A stretch of 64,000 bases of DNA from Verrucomicrobiota bacterium. Lineage in GTDB: Bacteria > Verrucomicrobiota > Verrucomicrobiia > Verrucomicrobiales > DEV007. The notes below the pieces were generated by a model. The model did no database searches. It saw nothing but the letters and a program-made list of their open reading frames with translations, and was not told the origin of the DNA. Numbering within the stretch: position 1 is the first letter of the stretch; every line of letters begins with the position of its first letter. Of this stretch, positions 28,172 to 38,863 are shown in pieces. A program made the translations under genes and the position numbers. The stretch covers positions 1 through 64,000 of the forward strand of contig JASFYY010000050.1 in NCBI GenBank assembly GCA_045046875.1. The letters run 5' to 3'.

Positions 28172-30718
28172 ATGGCAGAGCGTTATAAAATAGAGGGAGA
28201 AGTTGGGAAGGGCGGTGAGGGCTTTGTTTATAATGCCTACGACAAGGTGTTAAAGAGGCAGGTCGCGCTCAAGCGGGTGCTGACCAAAGACCGGGGCACT
28301 GCTGAGGAGGTGGACAGAGCTGCTGACGCCTTGGTTGCGGAAGCCCAGACTTTGTCTGCTTTGAATCATCCGAATATTGTCACGGTATTTGATGTGGGCA
28401 AGGATGAGGATGGTGGTTTTGTGGTGATGGAATTGATCAAGGGGGAAACTCTTGATGAGGTGGTTGCCCGGGGTGCATTCACTGAGGAAGATTTTTATCG
28501 TTTTGGCAGGCAGACGCTTGAAGCTTTGATGGCGGCTCAGGAGATCAATGTGGTGCATCGTGATCTGAAACCGGGAAATGTGATGATGGTGTGGCATCCC
28601 GGTGGGCGCTTCCAGGCTAAGATCCTGGACTTCGGATTGGCGAAGTTCAGTGAAGTGCCGAGTTTGCAGACTTTGGATTTCGGGGATTCGGTGAAGGGCT
28701 CGATTTATTTCATGGCTCCAGAACAGTTCGAGCGGACCGAGTTGGATGAACGAACGGATCTTTACGCGATGGGCTGTGTTTATTATTTTGCTCTAACCGG
28801 AAATTATCCGTTTGACGGGGAAACGGCGACCATGGTTATGGTTAGTCACTTGCAGCATCAGGTGGTATCATTGGAAAAGGTGCGACCTGATTTGCCCGCA
28901 GAGCTTTGCCAGTGGGTGATGTGGTTGATCAACAGGGATATCGAAACCCGTCCGGATAATGCCGAAGCGGCGCTGAATCGGTTCCCACAAAATTTACCTG
29001 AAAGGCAGAAGGTGGATATTCAAAATCTGCCGGTTAGTGAATCGAGATCGGGCTTGACGACGGGGGTGCAGGTGGTGATGCCTACTCATTCTGCGGAGGC
29101 TCCAACAGGTATGGTGATGACCAAAGAGGATTTGAAACCTCTGCCTACGATTGAGCCATTTGATGAAGAGCAGTATGATTTGGATCACCCTTCGGAAGAG
29201 CGTAAAGAAAAGAAGGGCTGTTCAGTTATGCCACTCGTCGTGGTGTTATTAGTGGGGGTGTTAGGGTATTTTGGATGGCCGATGATCAAGCAGCAACTGG
29301 GTGGCGGGGAGGAGCCTTCACCGGAAGTCGGGTCTGATTTAATGGTAGAAGATTCTCAAATACAAAGGTTAAATAAATTAGTAAGTGAGCGAAATCCCCA
29401 GGGAACAGCTGCGGATGTGGAGATGGTTTTGAGCGTTTTGACTTCGAAAGGGGTGAACGCGGCGCAGAAAAAGCAAGCGCAGGCAGTGTTGGAATCATTG
29501 CAGGGAGATGGCGTGGATGAGGCCTTACTCGCAAAGTTGAAGAGCCCGAGTGTATCTCTTGAGAGGTTGTATTTGAGCAGGGCCTTGGCAGGGAGGGCGG
29601 CTGAGGCTGAGGCTGTGTCGGTGTTAGTCTCATTATTGAGTGCGGGCAAGGGAGGGGAGCAGGACTTACAAATGGTGAATGCGCTCAAGCCATTGGTGTC
29701 GGTGGAAAATGTACAGCCGGTGTTAGACGGTTTGAATAAAAACTGTAGCCCAGTGGTGAGAAGCGGAATGGAACAAGTTGCTGCGAGCGCTTTCCGTCGG
29801 GTGCCGGCGACACGTGAGAACCTAGAGCCTCTGCTGGAGGGGTTGGAGAAAGCAACGGGAAAAGCGAGGGCCTCTAGGTGGCGGATCCTCGGCCTGCGGG
29901 GAGGTGATGTGGTTGTTAAGAAATTGGAGCAGGTTTTTCTAAGGGAAAAACATGACGAAGCCTATTTGTTAGATGCGCTGGAGGCATTGAAGGTGATCCC
30001 GACCCCCAAGGTGGTGAATTTGCTTAATAGCATTTACAGCATGACGCACGATGCGGAGATCAAACAGGTGGCGGCTGACGCCCTTGCCCATGCGGTGACG
30101 ATGCCTTCAAATGACCGGATGGATGTAAGGAGTTTCTGGTGGCAGTTGGCGTTGAAAGTGGCGACTGATCCCGATGATTTGCAAAGGGTGTTCGATTCCA
30201 TTGCGGATTATCCGGACGCTAAAACGCTGTCTTTTCTCAATGGGGTCGGTAATAGCAGAACTTTCGGGGCTTATACCAAAGCTGCTATTGAAAAAATTCA
30301 ACAGCTTGAACAAACGGTTCCTATTCTGGAAAGTGGACAGTTAATGGAGATTGATTCGAAGACGCTTCGGGCGCAGGGGGCGGTATGGGATGCTGATAAA
30401 AAAGCGATCACGGATTGGACGGATTCTGCGGCGTGGTTTGTCTGGCATTTTAAATTGAAGGAGGCGGGGGTGTATCAATTGAGTGTTTTGCAAGCTTATG
30501 AAGGTCAGGATGAGAGCCGGTTTGAGTTCATAATAGGGGTGGCTTCTTTGACGGGGCAGGCAGTGGATACCGGGGCTTGGACAGAATACCAATCCAATGG
30601 CGTGGCAACTATGGTGAAATTGGAAGAGGGAAAGACATATACCCTGTTTTTGAAAGCAGGCGAAGTCGTTCAGCCTCAAATGATGAGCTTCAAGGGTCTG
30701 CGTTTGCAAAAACAATAA
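28172..30718 (+). CDS. Membrane-anchored Hanks-type Ser/Thr protein kinase (paralog 1)
   Basis: GKGGEG, VALK, HRDLKPGN, DFG, APE; one TM helix; helical repeat region; C-terminal beta-sandwich. Confidence 0.93.
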   Translation: MAERYKIEGEVGKGGEGFVYNAYDKVLKRQVALKRVLTKDRGTAEEVDRAADALVAEAQTLSALNHPNIVTVFDVGKDEDGGFVVMELIKGETLDEVVARGAFTEEDFYRFGRQTLEALMAAQEINVVHRDLKPGNVMMVWHPGGRFQAKILDFGLAKFSEVPSLQTLDFGDSVKGSIYFMAPEQFERTELDERTDLYAMGCVYYFALTGNYPFDGETATMVMVSHLQHQVVSLEKVRPDLPAELCQWVMWLINRDIETRPDNAEAALNRFPQNLPERQKVDIQNLPVSESRSGLTTGVQVVMPTHSAEAPTGMVMTKEDLKPLPTIEPFDEEQYDLDHPSEERKEKKGCSVMPLVVVLLVGVLGYFGWPMIKQQLGGGEEPSPEVGSDLMVEDSQIQRLNKLVSERNPQGTAADVEMVLSVLTSKGVNAAQKKQAQAVLESLQGDGVDEALLAKLKSPSVSLERLYLSRALAGRAAEAEAVSVLVSLLSAGKGGEQDLQMVNALKPLVSVENVQPVLDGLNKNCSPVVRSGMEQVAASAFRRVPATRENLEPLLEGLEKATGKARASRWRILGLRGGDVVVKKLEQVFLREKHDEAYLLDALEALKVIPTPKVVNLLNSIYSMTHDAEIKQVAADALAHAVTMPSNDRMDVRSFWWQLALKVATDPDDLQRVFDSIADYPDAKTLSFLNGVGNSRTFGAYTKAAIEKIQQLEQTVPILESGQLMEIDSKTLRAQGAVWDADKKAITDWTDSAAWFVWHFKLKEAGVYQLSVLQAYEGQDESRFEFIIGVASLTGQAVDTGAWTEYQSNGVATMVKLEEGKTYTLFLKAGEVVQPQMMSFKGLRLQKQ

Positions 30719-30900
30719 GAAGCTTAATTAGAGAAAAAAATCGAAACAATCGCTTCGTAGGCTTGCCATTTGCTCAAAATTGTGAAGAATCACAGCCGAG
30801 CACAATATTTAGATTGAGGACAAGGTAGAAATTGGGACTGGATTTTCCAATGATGGCCGCGATGGTTCGAAGCTGAATTTGTGATATCTGGATATTTAAC

Positions 30901-33369
30901 ATGGCTGATCGTTACAAAATAGAGGGAGAAATAGGCAAAGGGGGCGAGGGGTCTGTCCATAAAGCTTTTGATACGCAGTTGAAGCGGCATGTAGCGCTTA
31001 AGCGGGTTTTGACGACGGAGCGGGCGACACCTGAAGAAGTTGATAAAGCTGCGGACAGTTTGATTGCCGAGGCAGAGGCTTTGGCGTCATTGAATCATCC
31101 GAATATCGTTACGGTGTTTGATGTGGGTAAGGATGAGGAGGGTGGTTTTGTGGTGATGGAGCTGCTCAACGGGGAAACGCTCGATGACACGGTGGCTCGT
31201 GGGGTTTTGACCCAGGAGGATTTCAAGGAGGTGGTTATTCAGACGATGGAGGCCTTGATTGCGGCGCAAGCGATCAATGTGGTGCATCGGGATTTGAAGC
31301 CGACCAATGTGATGGTGATTTGGCAGCCCAGTGGCCGTTTCCAGACTAAAATCCTCGATTTTGGTTTGGCAAAATTTAGCAAAAACCCCAGTGTGCAGAC
31401 GATGGGGCAGGATGAATCGGTGATGGGATCGATTTATTTCATGGCTCCCGAGCAGTTTGAGCGGGCGGAGTTGGATGAGCGTACCGATCTTTATTCGATG
31501 GGCTGTGTGTATTATCATTCGCTGACAGGTTTGTATCCATTCCGTGGGGAAACCGCGCCTCTGGTGATGAACAGCCATTTGCAACACCGGGTGACTCCTT
31601 TGGAAAAATTGCGTCCGGATCTGGCACCTTCAATTTGCCAATGGGTGATGTGGTTGATCAACCGTGATATTGACAACCGGCCGGATGATGCCTCGATGGC
31701 GTTGGAGCATTTCCCACAAAATCCGGAGATGCCCGAGCAGCAAATACTGCAGGCGATTCCTGTTGAAGAAGCTCCGACCGGTATGACTACGGGGGTGCAG
31801 GCAGTGGTGGCGACTCATGCGGCGGAGGCTCCCACGGGCATGGTGGTGCTGGAGAATGAAACAGGATCGCGTCCAGTGATGGGTTTCCCGGGTGGGGTGG
31901 CACAGCAAAAAGAAGGCGGCAAGGGCAAGATGGTGGTGATGGGGATTTTGGCGGCGGCGGTGATTGGTGGTGGCGGTTTTTTCGGCTGGCAACAGATACA
32001 GAAAAACAATCAAGTAACTCGTTTGACGGTGCTGGCCAGTAAGGATCATCCAAGCGGAAACACGGACGACGTAAGATTGGCGATGGGTTTTATTACCTCC
32101 AAAAAATCGACACCGGAGCAAAAATCGCAGGCCAGGAAGGTGTTGTCTGGCTTGGAGGGGCGTGGGGTGGACAAAGCGGTGTTAGCTGAACTTAAAACAG
32201 CACAAACGTCTTTTCAGCGGGTGGTGTTGAGCCAGGCTCTGGCTAAACGAAACTATGAGGATGCGGTGCCGGATATTTTGACAGCTTTTGAAAGGGCCGC
32301 TGGAGATCAAGAGCGTCTGGAGATTTTGAATTCGTTGCGGGTATTGGTGACGACGGACAACATTGCGCCAGTGCTGGATGGTTTGTCGAAGGAATACAGT
32401 CTGCAAGTGCGCAACGCTTTGGAAAATATTGTGGTGGCGGCATTCCGGCGGGTTTCGGCCAGTAAGGAGAATCTTAAGCCGTTAACGGATCGTTTGGCTA
32501 AAGCCAAGGGGATCGAACGCAGATCCCTGTGGCGGATTATAGGGATGCGTGGTGGTAACGAGACCAGGGATAGGTTGAAAAAAATCTTTGTCGACGAAAA
32601 ACATGACCCGGATTACTTGCGGGATGCGGTGATTGGATTGGGGGGCTTGCCTACGGTTTCTAATATTTGGGTCACTGCGCGTGCTTACGACACTTCAGAG
32701 GATGAAGTGTTGAAGGCAGCTGCAATCAAGGCATACGTCAGGGCGTTGGCCTTTCCTTCGTATAATAAAATTGCGGATAGAATCAGTTGGTGGAACAGGG
32801 CCTTGACGATGGCGAAAAAACCCCAGGATGTGCACAAGGTTTTTTCAGCAGTGTCTGACTACACCGATCCCGAGGTGATTAAATTCCTTGAGGAAAAACA
32901 GAAAGAAAAATCCTATGAGCCTTACGCCAAAGCGGCGATTAAAAAAATCAAAGAATTGGAAAAAGAAGCTCCAGTTCTCGAAGCCGGGCAATTATTGTCG
33001 GCTCACCGCCAGATCATTCGTGCGGATGGGGCTATTTTTGATCCTGATGTGCAGGCGATCGTCAACTGGGTGAAACCCGAGGCCTGGTTTGTCTGGCACT
33101 TCAAAATGAAGGAGGCTGGAGAGTATAAGGTCGAGGTATCGCAATCGTTACAAAGTGACGGAGAAAACAAATTTGATGTTTATATCAATGAAACTTCCTT
33201 CCATGGAGTGGCAGCGGATACGGGGGATTGGAATGATTATAAGTCCAATGCACTGAAAGAAACGGTCAAGCTTGAAGCGAATAAAACCTATGCTTTGTTT
33301 TTAAAAGCGGGTGATGTGACTCAACCGCGGATGATGAACTTCAAGGGTGTGCGTTTGCATAAAAAATAA
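30901..33369 (+). CDS. Membrane-anchored Hanks-type Ser/Thr protein kinase (paralog 2)
   Basis: Same motifs (HRDLKPTN, DFG, GSIYFMAPE) and full-length colinearity with paralog 1. Confidence 0.93.
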   Translation: MADRYKIEGEIGKGGEGSVHKAFDTQLKRHVALKRVLTTERATPEEVDKAADSLIAEAEALASLNHPNIVTVFDVGKDEEGGFVVMELLNGETLDDTVARGVLTQEDFKEVVIQTMEALIAAQAINVVHRDLKPTNVMVIWQPSGRFQTKILDFGLAKFSKNPSVQTMGQDESVMGSIYFMAPEQFERAELDERTDLYSMGCVYYHSLTGLYPFRGETAPLVMNSHLQHRVTPLEKLRPDLAPSICQWVMWLINRDIDNRPDDASMALEHFPQNPEMPEQQILQAIPVEEAPTGMTTGVQAVVATHAAEAPTGMVVLENETGSRPVMGFPGGVAQQKEGGKGKMVVMGILAAAVIGGGGFFGWQQIQKNNQVTRLTVLASKDHPSGNTDDVRLAMGFITSKKSTPEQKSQARKVLSGLEGRGVDKAVLAELKTAQTSFQRVVLSQALAKRNYEDAVPDILTAFERAAGDQERLEILNSLRVLVTTDNIAPVLDGLSKEYSLQVRNALENIVVAAFRRVSASKENLKPLTDRLAKAKGIERRSLWRIIGMRGGNETRDRLKKIFVDEKHDPDYLRDAVIGLGGLPTVSNIWVTARAYDTSEDEVLKAAAIKAYVRALAFPSYNKIADRISWWNRALTMAKKPQDVHKVFSAVSDYTDPEVIKFLEEKQKEKSYEPYAKAAIKKIKELEKEAPVLEAGQLLSAHRQIIRADGAIFDPDVQAIVNWVKPEAWFVWHFKMKEAGEYKVEVSQSLQSDGENKFDVYINETSFHGVAADTGDWNDYKSNALKETVKLEANKTYALFLKAGDVTQPRMMNFKGVRLHKK

Positions 33370-33399
33370 ACGCGACCCTTTGTGGCTGTTGTTTTAGTT

Positions 33400-33885
33400 T
33401 CAGCGCACGGTTTCCCAAGAGACCACGCGGTTTTTTTCAAAAACCACACTGGCACCCAATTTGGGAAGGTAAGTGACGCTGGTATCGTAGCCGAAATCAT
33501 TGCCGTAGTAACCACCGTAACCACCGTAGTGGTGTCCCCGTCCGAAAGAGTGCGGGCCGCCGTATCCGTATCCTCCGTATCCCAGGCTGACTCCTCTACT
33601 GTAAACGGGTTCGTAGCGAAGATAAGTCCAGGTTTCCTGCAAGCGTCCTTTGTGACTGCCTTTTTTCACTTCATCGGCACTGCCCCAGGCAAGATAAACG
33701 GCTTCTTTGCCCATGCCTTCGGTCACCCGGTGCTGTTGCACGAGGTTTTTGTGTTGATCGGAGAGCCTGGCAAAATAATCTGGATAGGCTGCGATTCGGG
33801 ATTGAGCGGTGGAGCTTACCGTGCAGCTGCTTTGTAGCAGGGTCAGGCCTGTGGCGGCGATGAGAATCAGGCTGGATTTTTTCAT
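33400..33885 (-). CDS. Hypothetical lipoprotein with Gly/Tyr-rich insert
   Basis: Lipobox-like LQSSC; GM.KEAVYLAWG..., ETWTY, V.FE..RV.SWE (SmpA/BamE-like pattern). Confidence 0.75.
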   Translation of the reverse strand: MKKSSLILIAATGLTLLQSSCTVSSTAQSRIAAYPDYFARLSDQHKNLVQQHRVTEGMGKEAVYLAWGSADEVKKGSHKGRLQETWTYLRYEPVYSRGVSLGYGGYGYGGPHSFGRGHHYGGYGGYYGNDFGYDTSVTYLPKLGASVVFEKNRVVSWETVR

Positions 33886-34068
33886 GTGTTGGTTGGCATT
33901 TTGACTTATGAAAGGCTGGTTTTATTCAAAAAATATCAGGCCAAATTCTGAGGATGCAAATGAAGGGAACATTGTCGCTTGTCGCAGGGGGCGGCATGGC
34001 CGATAAAGAGAGTGTCGCTGGGCTTGCTAGTATTTGAGCGGCAAGATGTAGCCGTTTGCGCAAAAAAG

Positions 34069-36864
34069 ATGAAACGATTATTTTTACTTGATGGCATGGC
34101 CCTGGTTTACCGGGCTCATTTTGCTCTGATTCGCAACCCTATCCTTACCTCCGGGGGGGTGAACACGTCGGCGGTGCATGGTTTCACCAATACTTTATTG
34201 TATTTGATCAAACAGCGGGAGCCGACCCATTTGGCGGTGGTTTTTGATACGTCGGCTCCGACGGTAAGGCATCAACGTTATCCGGAGTACAAGGCCAACC
34301 GTGACGCCATGCCCGAGGAGTTGAGCGCAGCGATTCCAGTGGTGAAGCAGATGATCAAGGCGTTTAATATACCGGTGATTGAGTTTGATGGTTACGAGGC
34401 GGATGACATCATTGGCACTCTGGCGACGGCGGCCGAGAAGGATGGGAATTTCGAGACTTACATGGTCACTCCGGATAAGGATTTTGCCCAGTTGGTGGCG
34501 GCTCGGACTTTTATGTATAAACCGGGGCGCAAGGGGGGGGATGACGAAATACTCGGGGTGGAGCAAATTTGCGAAAATTGGCAGATTGAGCGTCCGGAGC
34601 AAGTGATCGATATTCTGGGTTTGTGGGGGGATGCTTCGGATAATATTCCGGGTGTTCCGGGCATTGGCGAAAAAACGGCGAAAAAACTGGTGGCTCAATA
34701 TGGAGGAGTGGAAGGTTTGTTGCAGCACAGCCATGAGCTGAAGGGCAAACAAAAAGAGAATGTCGAGAATTTTGCCGAGCAGGCAAGGCTGTCTAGAGAG
34801 CTGGCAACGATCATCGTCGACGTGCCGCTTGAACTGACTCCAGATGATTTGGAATTACGGCAGCGGGACGAGGAGGCACTGCGCAGTCTTTTTGTGGAGC
34901 TGGAATTTAATACATTGGGCCGCAGGTTGTTTGGCAAGGACTTTCAAGCGGGGCGTGGTGGGGCGGCAAAAGCAGAGGGCGGGCCGCAGGCTGATTCCGG
35001 ATCAGGGCAGGATTTGCCGGTGGTTGAATTAAAAACGCTGGCTGATGTGGAGCATGATTATCGCAATATCGCTGCGGATGATGCGAAGGCGCGGGCTGCG
35101 TTTATCGAAGAGCTAGCTCAGCAGGACAGTTTTTGTTTTGATACGGAAACTTCCAGTTTGGGCGTTAAAGATACTCAATTGCTGGGTATCGCTTTTTCGT
35201 GGCAGGCGCATGAGGGGGTGTATGTGGAGATGCCTGCTGGGGAAGATGCAACGCGACAGGTGTTGGAGGAGTTTCGCCAGGTTTTTGAAAACGAGAGCAC
35301 GGAGAAAATAGGCCATCATTTGAAGTTTGATTTGGCGGTGTTGTTTTGGAAAGGTCTGCGGGTGGGTGGCAAGCTGTTTGATACGATGTTGGCCCATACT
35401 TTGGTGGAACCCGATCAGAAGCACCAGATGGACAAGGTCTCGGAAATGTTGCTTGCTTACACACCGGTATCGATCGAGTCGTTGATCGGAGCCAAAGCGG
35501 ATAAAGGTGGGCAGCTCAGCATGCTGGACATCGTCGAGGAGAAGTCGGAAGAGATTGCTGAATACGCTGCCGAGGATGCAGATGTGACCTGGCAGTTGGC
35601 GCAGATTTTGCGGCAGCAGCTCAAAACGTCGGGGCAGGAAAAGGTTTTTTATGAGATTGAGAGTCCACTGACGCCGGTGTTGGTGGCGATGGAGGCAGAG
35701 GGGGTGGCCTTGGATACGGCAGTGCTGAGAAAGATTGGTCTTGAGTTGGGAGAGCAGATCTTCGCTTTGCGTGAGAGTATTTCTGCAGCGGCAGGGAGGG
35801 ATTTTAATCTCAATTCTCCCAAGCAGTTGGGCGAAGTTCTTTTTGATGAACTGAAATTGTTGGAGAAGCCAAAGAAGACCAAGACCGGACAGTATAAAAC
35901 CGATGAGAAAGTTTTGTCGTCTTTGGCAACGGATCATAAGATTGTCAGGGAAATTTTGGAATACCGCGAGGCGTCGAAATTAAAGAACACTTATGTGGAT
36001 ACTTTACCCGAGGCGATTTTTGCTAAAACCGGGCGGGTACACACAACGTTTCTGCAGATGATGACGGCGACCGGTCGTTTGTCATCGAATCAGCCTAACC
36101 TGCAAAATATCCCTATTCGAACTGAGCAAGGCAGAGCCATCCGTGGCGCTTTTGTGGCACGGGATGAAGAGCACTTGTTGTTATCGGCTGATTATTCGCA
36201 GATTGAGTTGCGGGTGATGGCGTCGCTCAGCGGCGATCTAGCAATGACGGAGGCTTTTAATGCGGGACTGGATATTCACACTGCGACGGCGGCGCGGGTT
36301 TACGGAGTGGAACTGGATGCAGTGGAGGCCGAAATGCGACGCACCGCCAAGATGGTGAATTTTGGAATCATTTATGGCATTTCTGCTTTTGGTTTGTCTC
36401 AGCGTTTGGGAATCGCGCGCAGGGAGGCGAGTGAGATCATCGAGGAATATTTAAAGCAATATGCCGGAGTGAAAACCTTCATGGATGCAACTATTGAGAG
36501 TGCGCGAGAGCAGGGTTATGTGGAAACGCTGAGTGGACGGCGGCGTTTGCTATCGGGGATCAATGACCGCAATGCGTTGGTGAGAAGTGCCGCCGAGCGG
36601 ACGGCGATCAATACTCCGATTCAGGGCACAGCGGCGGACATGATCAAGTTGGCGATGGTGAAAGTTGCCGATACGTTGAAAGAGCGTGAATTAAAAACCC
36701 GCATGATTTTGCAGGTGCACGATGAGCTGGTGTTTGATTTGTTACGGGAGGAACAGCAGGAGGTCGACGAGTTGGTTGAAGAATGTATGAAGTCAGCTTT
36801 GCCGTTGAAGGTGCCGATTGTGGTGGAGACCGGAGTAGGGGAATCCTGGCTTGAGGCGCATTGA
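34069..36864 (+). CDS. polA: DNA polymerase I
   Basis: 5'-3' exo (LLDG...YRAHFA, EADD, GDASDNIPGVPGIG), 3'-5' exo (FDTET), polymerase motifs DYSQIELR, AKMVNFGIIYG, QVHDE. Confidence 0.98.
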   Translation: MKRLFLLDGMALVYRAHFALIRNPILTSGGVNTSAVHGFTNTLLYLIKQREPTHLAVVFDTSAPTVRHQRYPEYKANRDAMPEELSAAIPVVKQMIKAFNIPVIEFDGYEADDIIGTLATAAEKDGNFETYMVTPDKDFAQLVAARTFMYKPGRKGGDDEILGVEQICENWQIERPEQVIDILGLWGDASDNIPGVPGIGEKTAKKLVAQYGGVEGLLQHSHELKGKQKENVENFAEQARLSRELATIIVDVPLELTPDDLELRQRDEEALRSLFVELEFNTLGRRLFGKDFQAGRGGAAKAEGGPQADSGSGQDLPVVELKTLADVEHDYRNIAADDAKARAAFIEELAQQDSFCFDTETSSLGVKDTQLLGIAFSWQAHEGVYVEMPAGEDATRQVLEEFRQVFENESTEKIGHHLKFDLAVLFWKGLRVGGKLFDTMLAHTLVEPDQKHQMDKVSEMLLAYTPVSIESLIGAKADKGGQLSMLDIVEEKSEEIAEYAAEDADVTWQLAQILRQQLKTSGQEKVFYEIESPLTPVLVAMEAEGVALDTAVLRKIGLELGEQIFALRESISAAAGRDFNLNSPKQLGEVLFDELKLLEKPKKTKTGQYKTDEKVLSSLATDHKIVREILEYREASKLKNTYVDTLPEAIFAKTGRVHTTFLQMMTATGRLSSNQPNLQNIPIRTEQGRAIRGAFVARDEEHLLLSADYSQIELRVMASLSGDLAMTEAFNAGLDIHTATAARVYGVELDAVEAEMRRTAKMVNFGIIYGISAFGLSQRLGIARREASEIIEEYLKQYAGVKTFMDATIESAREQGYVETLSGRRRLLSGINDRNALVRSAAERTAINTPIQGTAADMIKLAMVKVADTLKERELKTRMILQVHDELVFDLLREEQQEVDELVEECMKSALPLKVPIVVETGVGESWLEAH

Positions 36865-36876
36865 TAGTTTGGACCG

Positions 36877-38394
36877 ATGGACAAAAAGGAAAACAACCGG
36901 AATTTGCTCGGAAACCAGTCGCTAGGTGGAGGCAGGCGGGCGGGTAAGCCTCTGTGGGCAAGATTGGGTTTTGTCGTTTTTTTGTTGTTGTTCAACGCGG
37001 TGTATTTTTTTCTCGCGACGCAGTTGTTCTATCAGACGAATCAGGATCGTTTGAATCGTGATCAAGAACACAATATCAGCATGGCTGAACGGACTTTGCA
37101 GCGGGAGCAGGCTGAAGCCAAGCCCGGAGATGATATCACGGCTTCGATGTGGCGGAAGCTGCCACATTATACCGATGGCGTGGTGAATCCCTTATGGCCG
37201 TGGATCGCGGCGCGTTTTCAGAGCGAGGATCACGAGACTTTTTTCCAGCGGGGCAAATGGTTCAATATTGTTCTGACGGCTGTGTTTTTGAATTTATTGG
37301 GCTTGGTCTGTGCGAGGGTTTTCTCGATTCCGGGAGCGATCAATCTGGTCTTGATTGGTGGTTTCGGGGCTTTTTTGCCCAGAGCGGTGTATTTTCAGCC
37401 TGAATCCTTGTATTACATTTTATTTTTTGCGACCTGGGTCTGTTGTCTGGCGCTGATGCGTCATAATGAGCTGTGGTTGTATGCTTTGCTCGGGGTATTT
37501 GCCGGTCTGGCTTATTTGGCCAAATCATCGGTGCAACCCTTGTTGTTGGTTTTCCTAGGGGTGACGGCTTTGCGCTTTGTGGTGGAGGTTTTTCGTCGCC
37601 GCCGGGGTAAAACTCCGGATTCACGTTGGCATCCGCAAAATCATTTTATAGGGATGGCCGTATTGTTGATGAGTTTCTTGATGGTGGCCGGGCCACGCTT
37701 GAGTTTTGCCAATGAACAGTATGGCGACCCTTTCCATTCTTATCCGGGTTATTGGCTGTGGATGGATCACTTTGAGGATGGTTATCAGTTTATGGCGGAT
37801 CACGGAGATAAGGAGAGTTTGCAGAACATCACCGATGAGAATAAACCTTCGATGGGCAACTATGTGCGATCGCATAGTAATGAGGAGATGTGGCAGCGTA
37901 TGCGGGACGGGGTGGAGACCAAGGTGGGTGGCATGCTTTACCCGCAAAAAACGAGGCAGAACAAGGTGCGCAATCGGGAGTGGAAACAGCTGCTTCCTGA
38001 TCGCGGAAAATATTTGTTGGCTTTGTTGGTGATCGCGGTGGCGATGGCCTTGTTGAGTTGGTGGAGCTTACGCGGAATGAATAAGGCGGATCTGCGTAGT
38101 ACTTCGTGGAGCGGGCTGTGGATGCTGATGTTCGCTGCGGGGGCTTTTGTTTTGTATGCGATGGCTTATGGGTTTTACACGCCGATCGGTAAGGGGGATA
38201 GGTTTATGTTGTCGTTGTACTTGCCCTTGGTGCTGACTTTTATCTGGTTGGCCGAGCGACTGAGGCGACGGGCGAGCAAGATCGGCGGCAGCCGTTATGC
38301 CGGAGTTTTGTATGCCTTGTTGCATCTGGGTTTGACCGTGGTGGTGATCTTGCGAGTGGTGGAGTTGGTTGAAACTCCTTTGTTCAGGGGTTGA
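36877..38394 (+). CDS. Polytopic membrane protein, GT-C/ArnT-like
   Basis: About 10 TM helices; D..VNPLWP, QPESLYY, GLAYLAKSS, DRFML motifs. Confidence 0.6.
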   Translation: MDKKENNRNLLGNQSLGGGRRAGKPLWARLGFVVFLLLFNAVYFFLATQLFYQTNQDRLNRDQEHNISMAERTLQREQAEAKPGDDITASMWRKLPHYTDGVVNPLWPWIAARFQSEDHETFFQRGKWFNIVLTAVFLNLLGLVCARVFSIPGAINLVLIGGFGAFLPRAVYFQPESLYYILFFATWVCCLALMRHNELWLYALLGVFAGLAYLAKSSVQPLLLVFLGVTALRFVVEVFRRRRGKTPDSRWHPQNHFIGMAVLLMSFLMVAGPRLSFANEQYGDPFHSYPGYWLWMDHFEDGYQFMADHGDKESLQNITDENKPSMGNYVRSHSNEEMWQRMRDGVETKVGGMLYPQKTRQNKVRNREWKQLLPDRGKYLLALLVIAVAMALLSWWSLRGMNKADLRSTSWSGLWMLMFAAGAFVLYAMAYGFYTPIGKGDRFMLSLYLPLVLTFIWLAERLRRRASKIGGSRYAGVLYALLHLGLTVVVILRVVELVETPLFRG

Positions 38395-38408
38395 GGGGGG
38401 AGGATTAG

Positions 38409-38473
38409 AACCGCGAATGGGCACAGTCGACTGAAAAGGAGGGCAAATTGCCCGAAGGCAAATAAACCCGAAT
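38409..38473 (+). repeat. Triple CAC/CGAAT mini-repeat interrupted by a REP-like insert (38425-38459)
   Basis: Removing the insert gives AACCGCGAATGGGCACAAATAAACCCGAAT, 25/30 identical to the restored 7350 copy; starts 15 nt after the stop at 38394. Confidence 0.6.
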
Positions 38474-38528
38474 GGGAGAAGATGCCTGAGTGTAATGCCG
38501 CTACGAGCAAAGAGGGAACGTGGAGGAT

Positions 38529-38807
38529 TTATTCTTTCGAATGGATCTTCTCCTTTTCGGCTTCGTTTTCGTTGCGCAGGCGTTGAAGCTCGCGGCTGCG
38601 TTGTTCTTCGAGTGGCGCGATTTGATCGAATTGGCCGTTTTGCATGGCCTTTGAGATTTGCTCACCGAGGAACAGTTCTTTTTCGGCAATTTTGGCTTTG
38701 AACTTGTCGTCGATTTCGGCAATCCGTTTGCGTTGTTCGTCGCTAAGCCTGGGGCGGGGACTGGATTGGTCCAGCTTTTCCATGGCGAGTTCGTAAGCGC
38801 TTTTCAT
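38529..38807 (-). CDS. Small coiled-coil hypothetical protein
   Basis: MKSAYELAMEKL start; helical, charged. Confidence 0.75.
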   Translation of the reverse strand: MKSAYELAMEKLDQSSPRPRLSDEQRKRIAEIDDKFKAKIAEKELFLGEQISKAMQNGQFDQIAPLEEQRSRELQRLRNENEAEKEKIHSKE

Positions 38808-38863
38808 GATCGCAAAATGGGTTGGTGATTTTTGGCAAAAAATTCAAAAGAGCTCTCGGGTTA

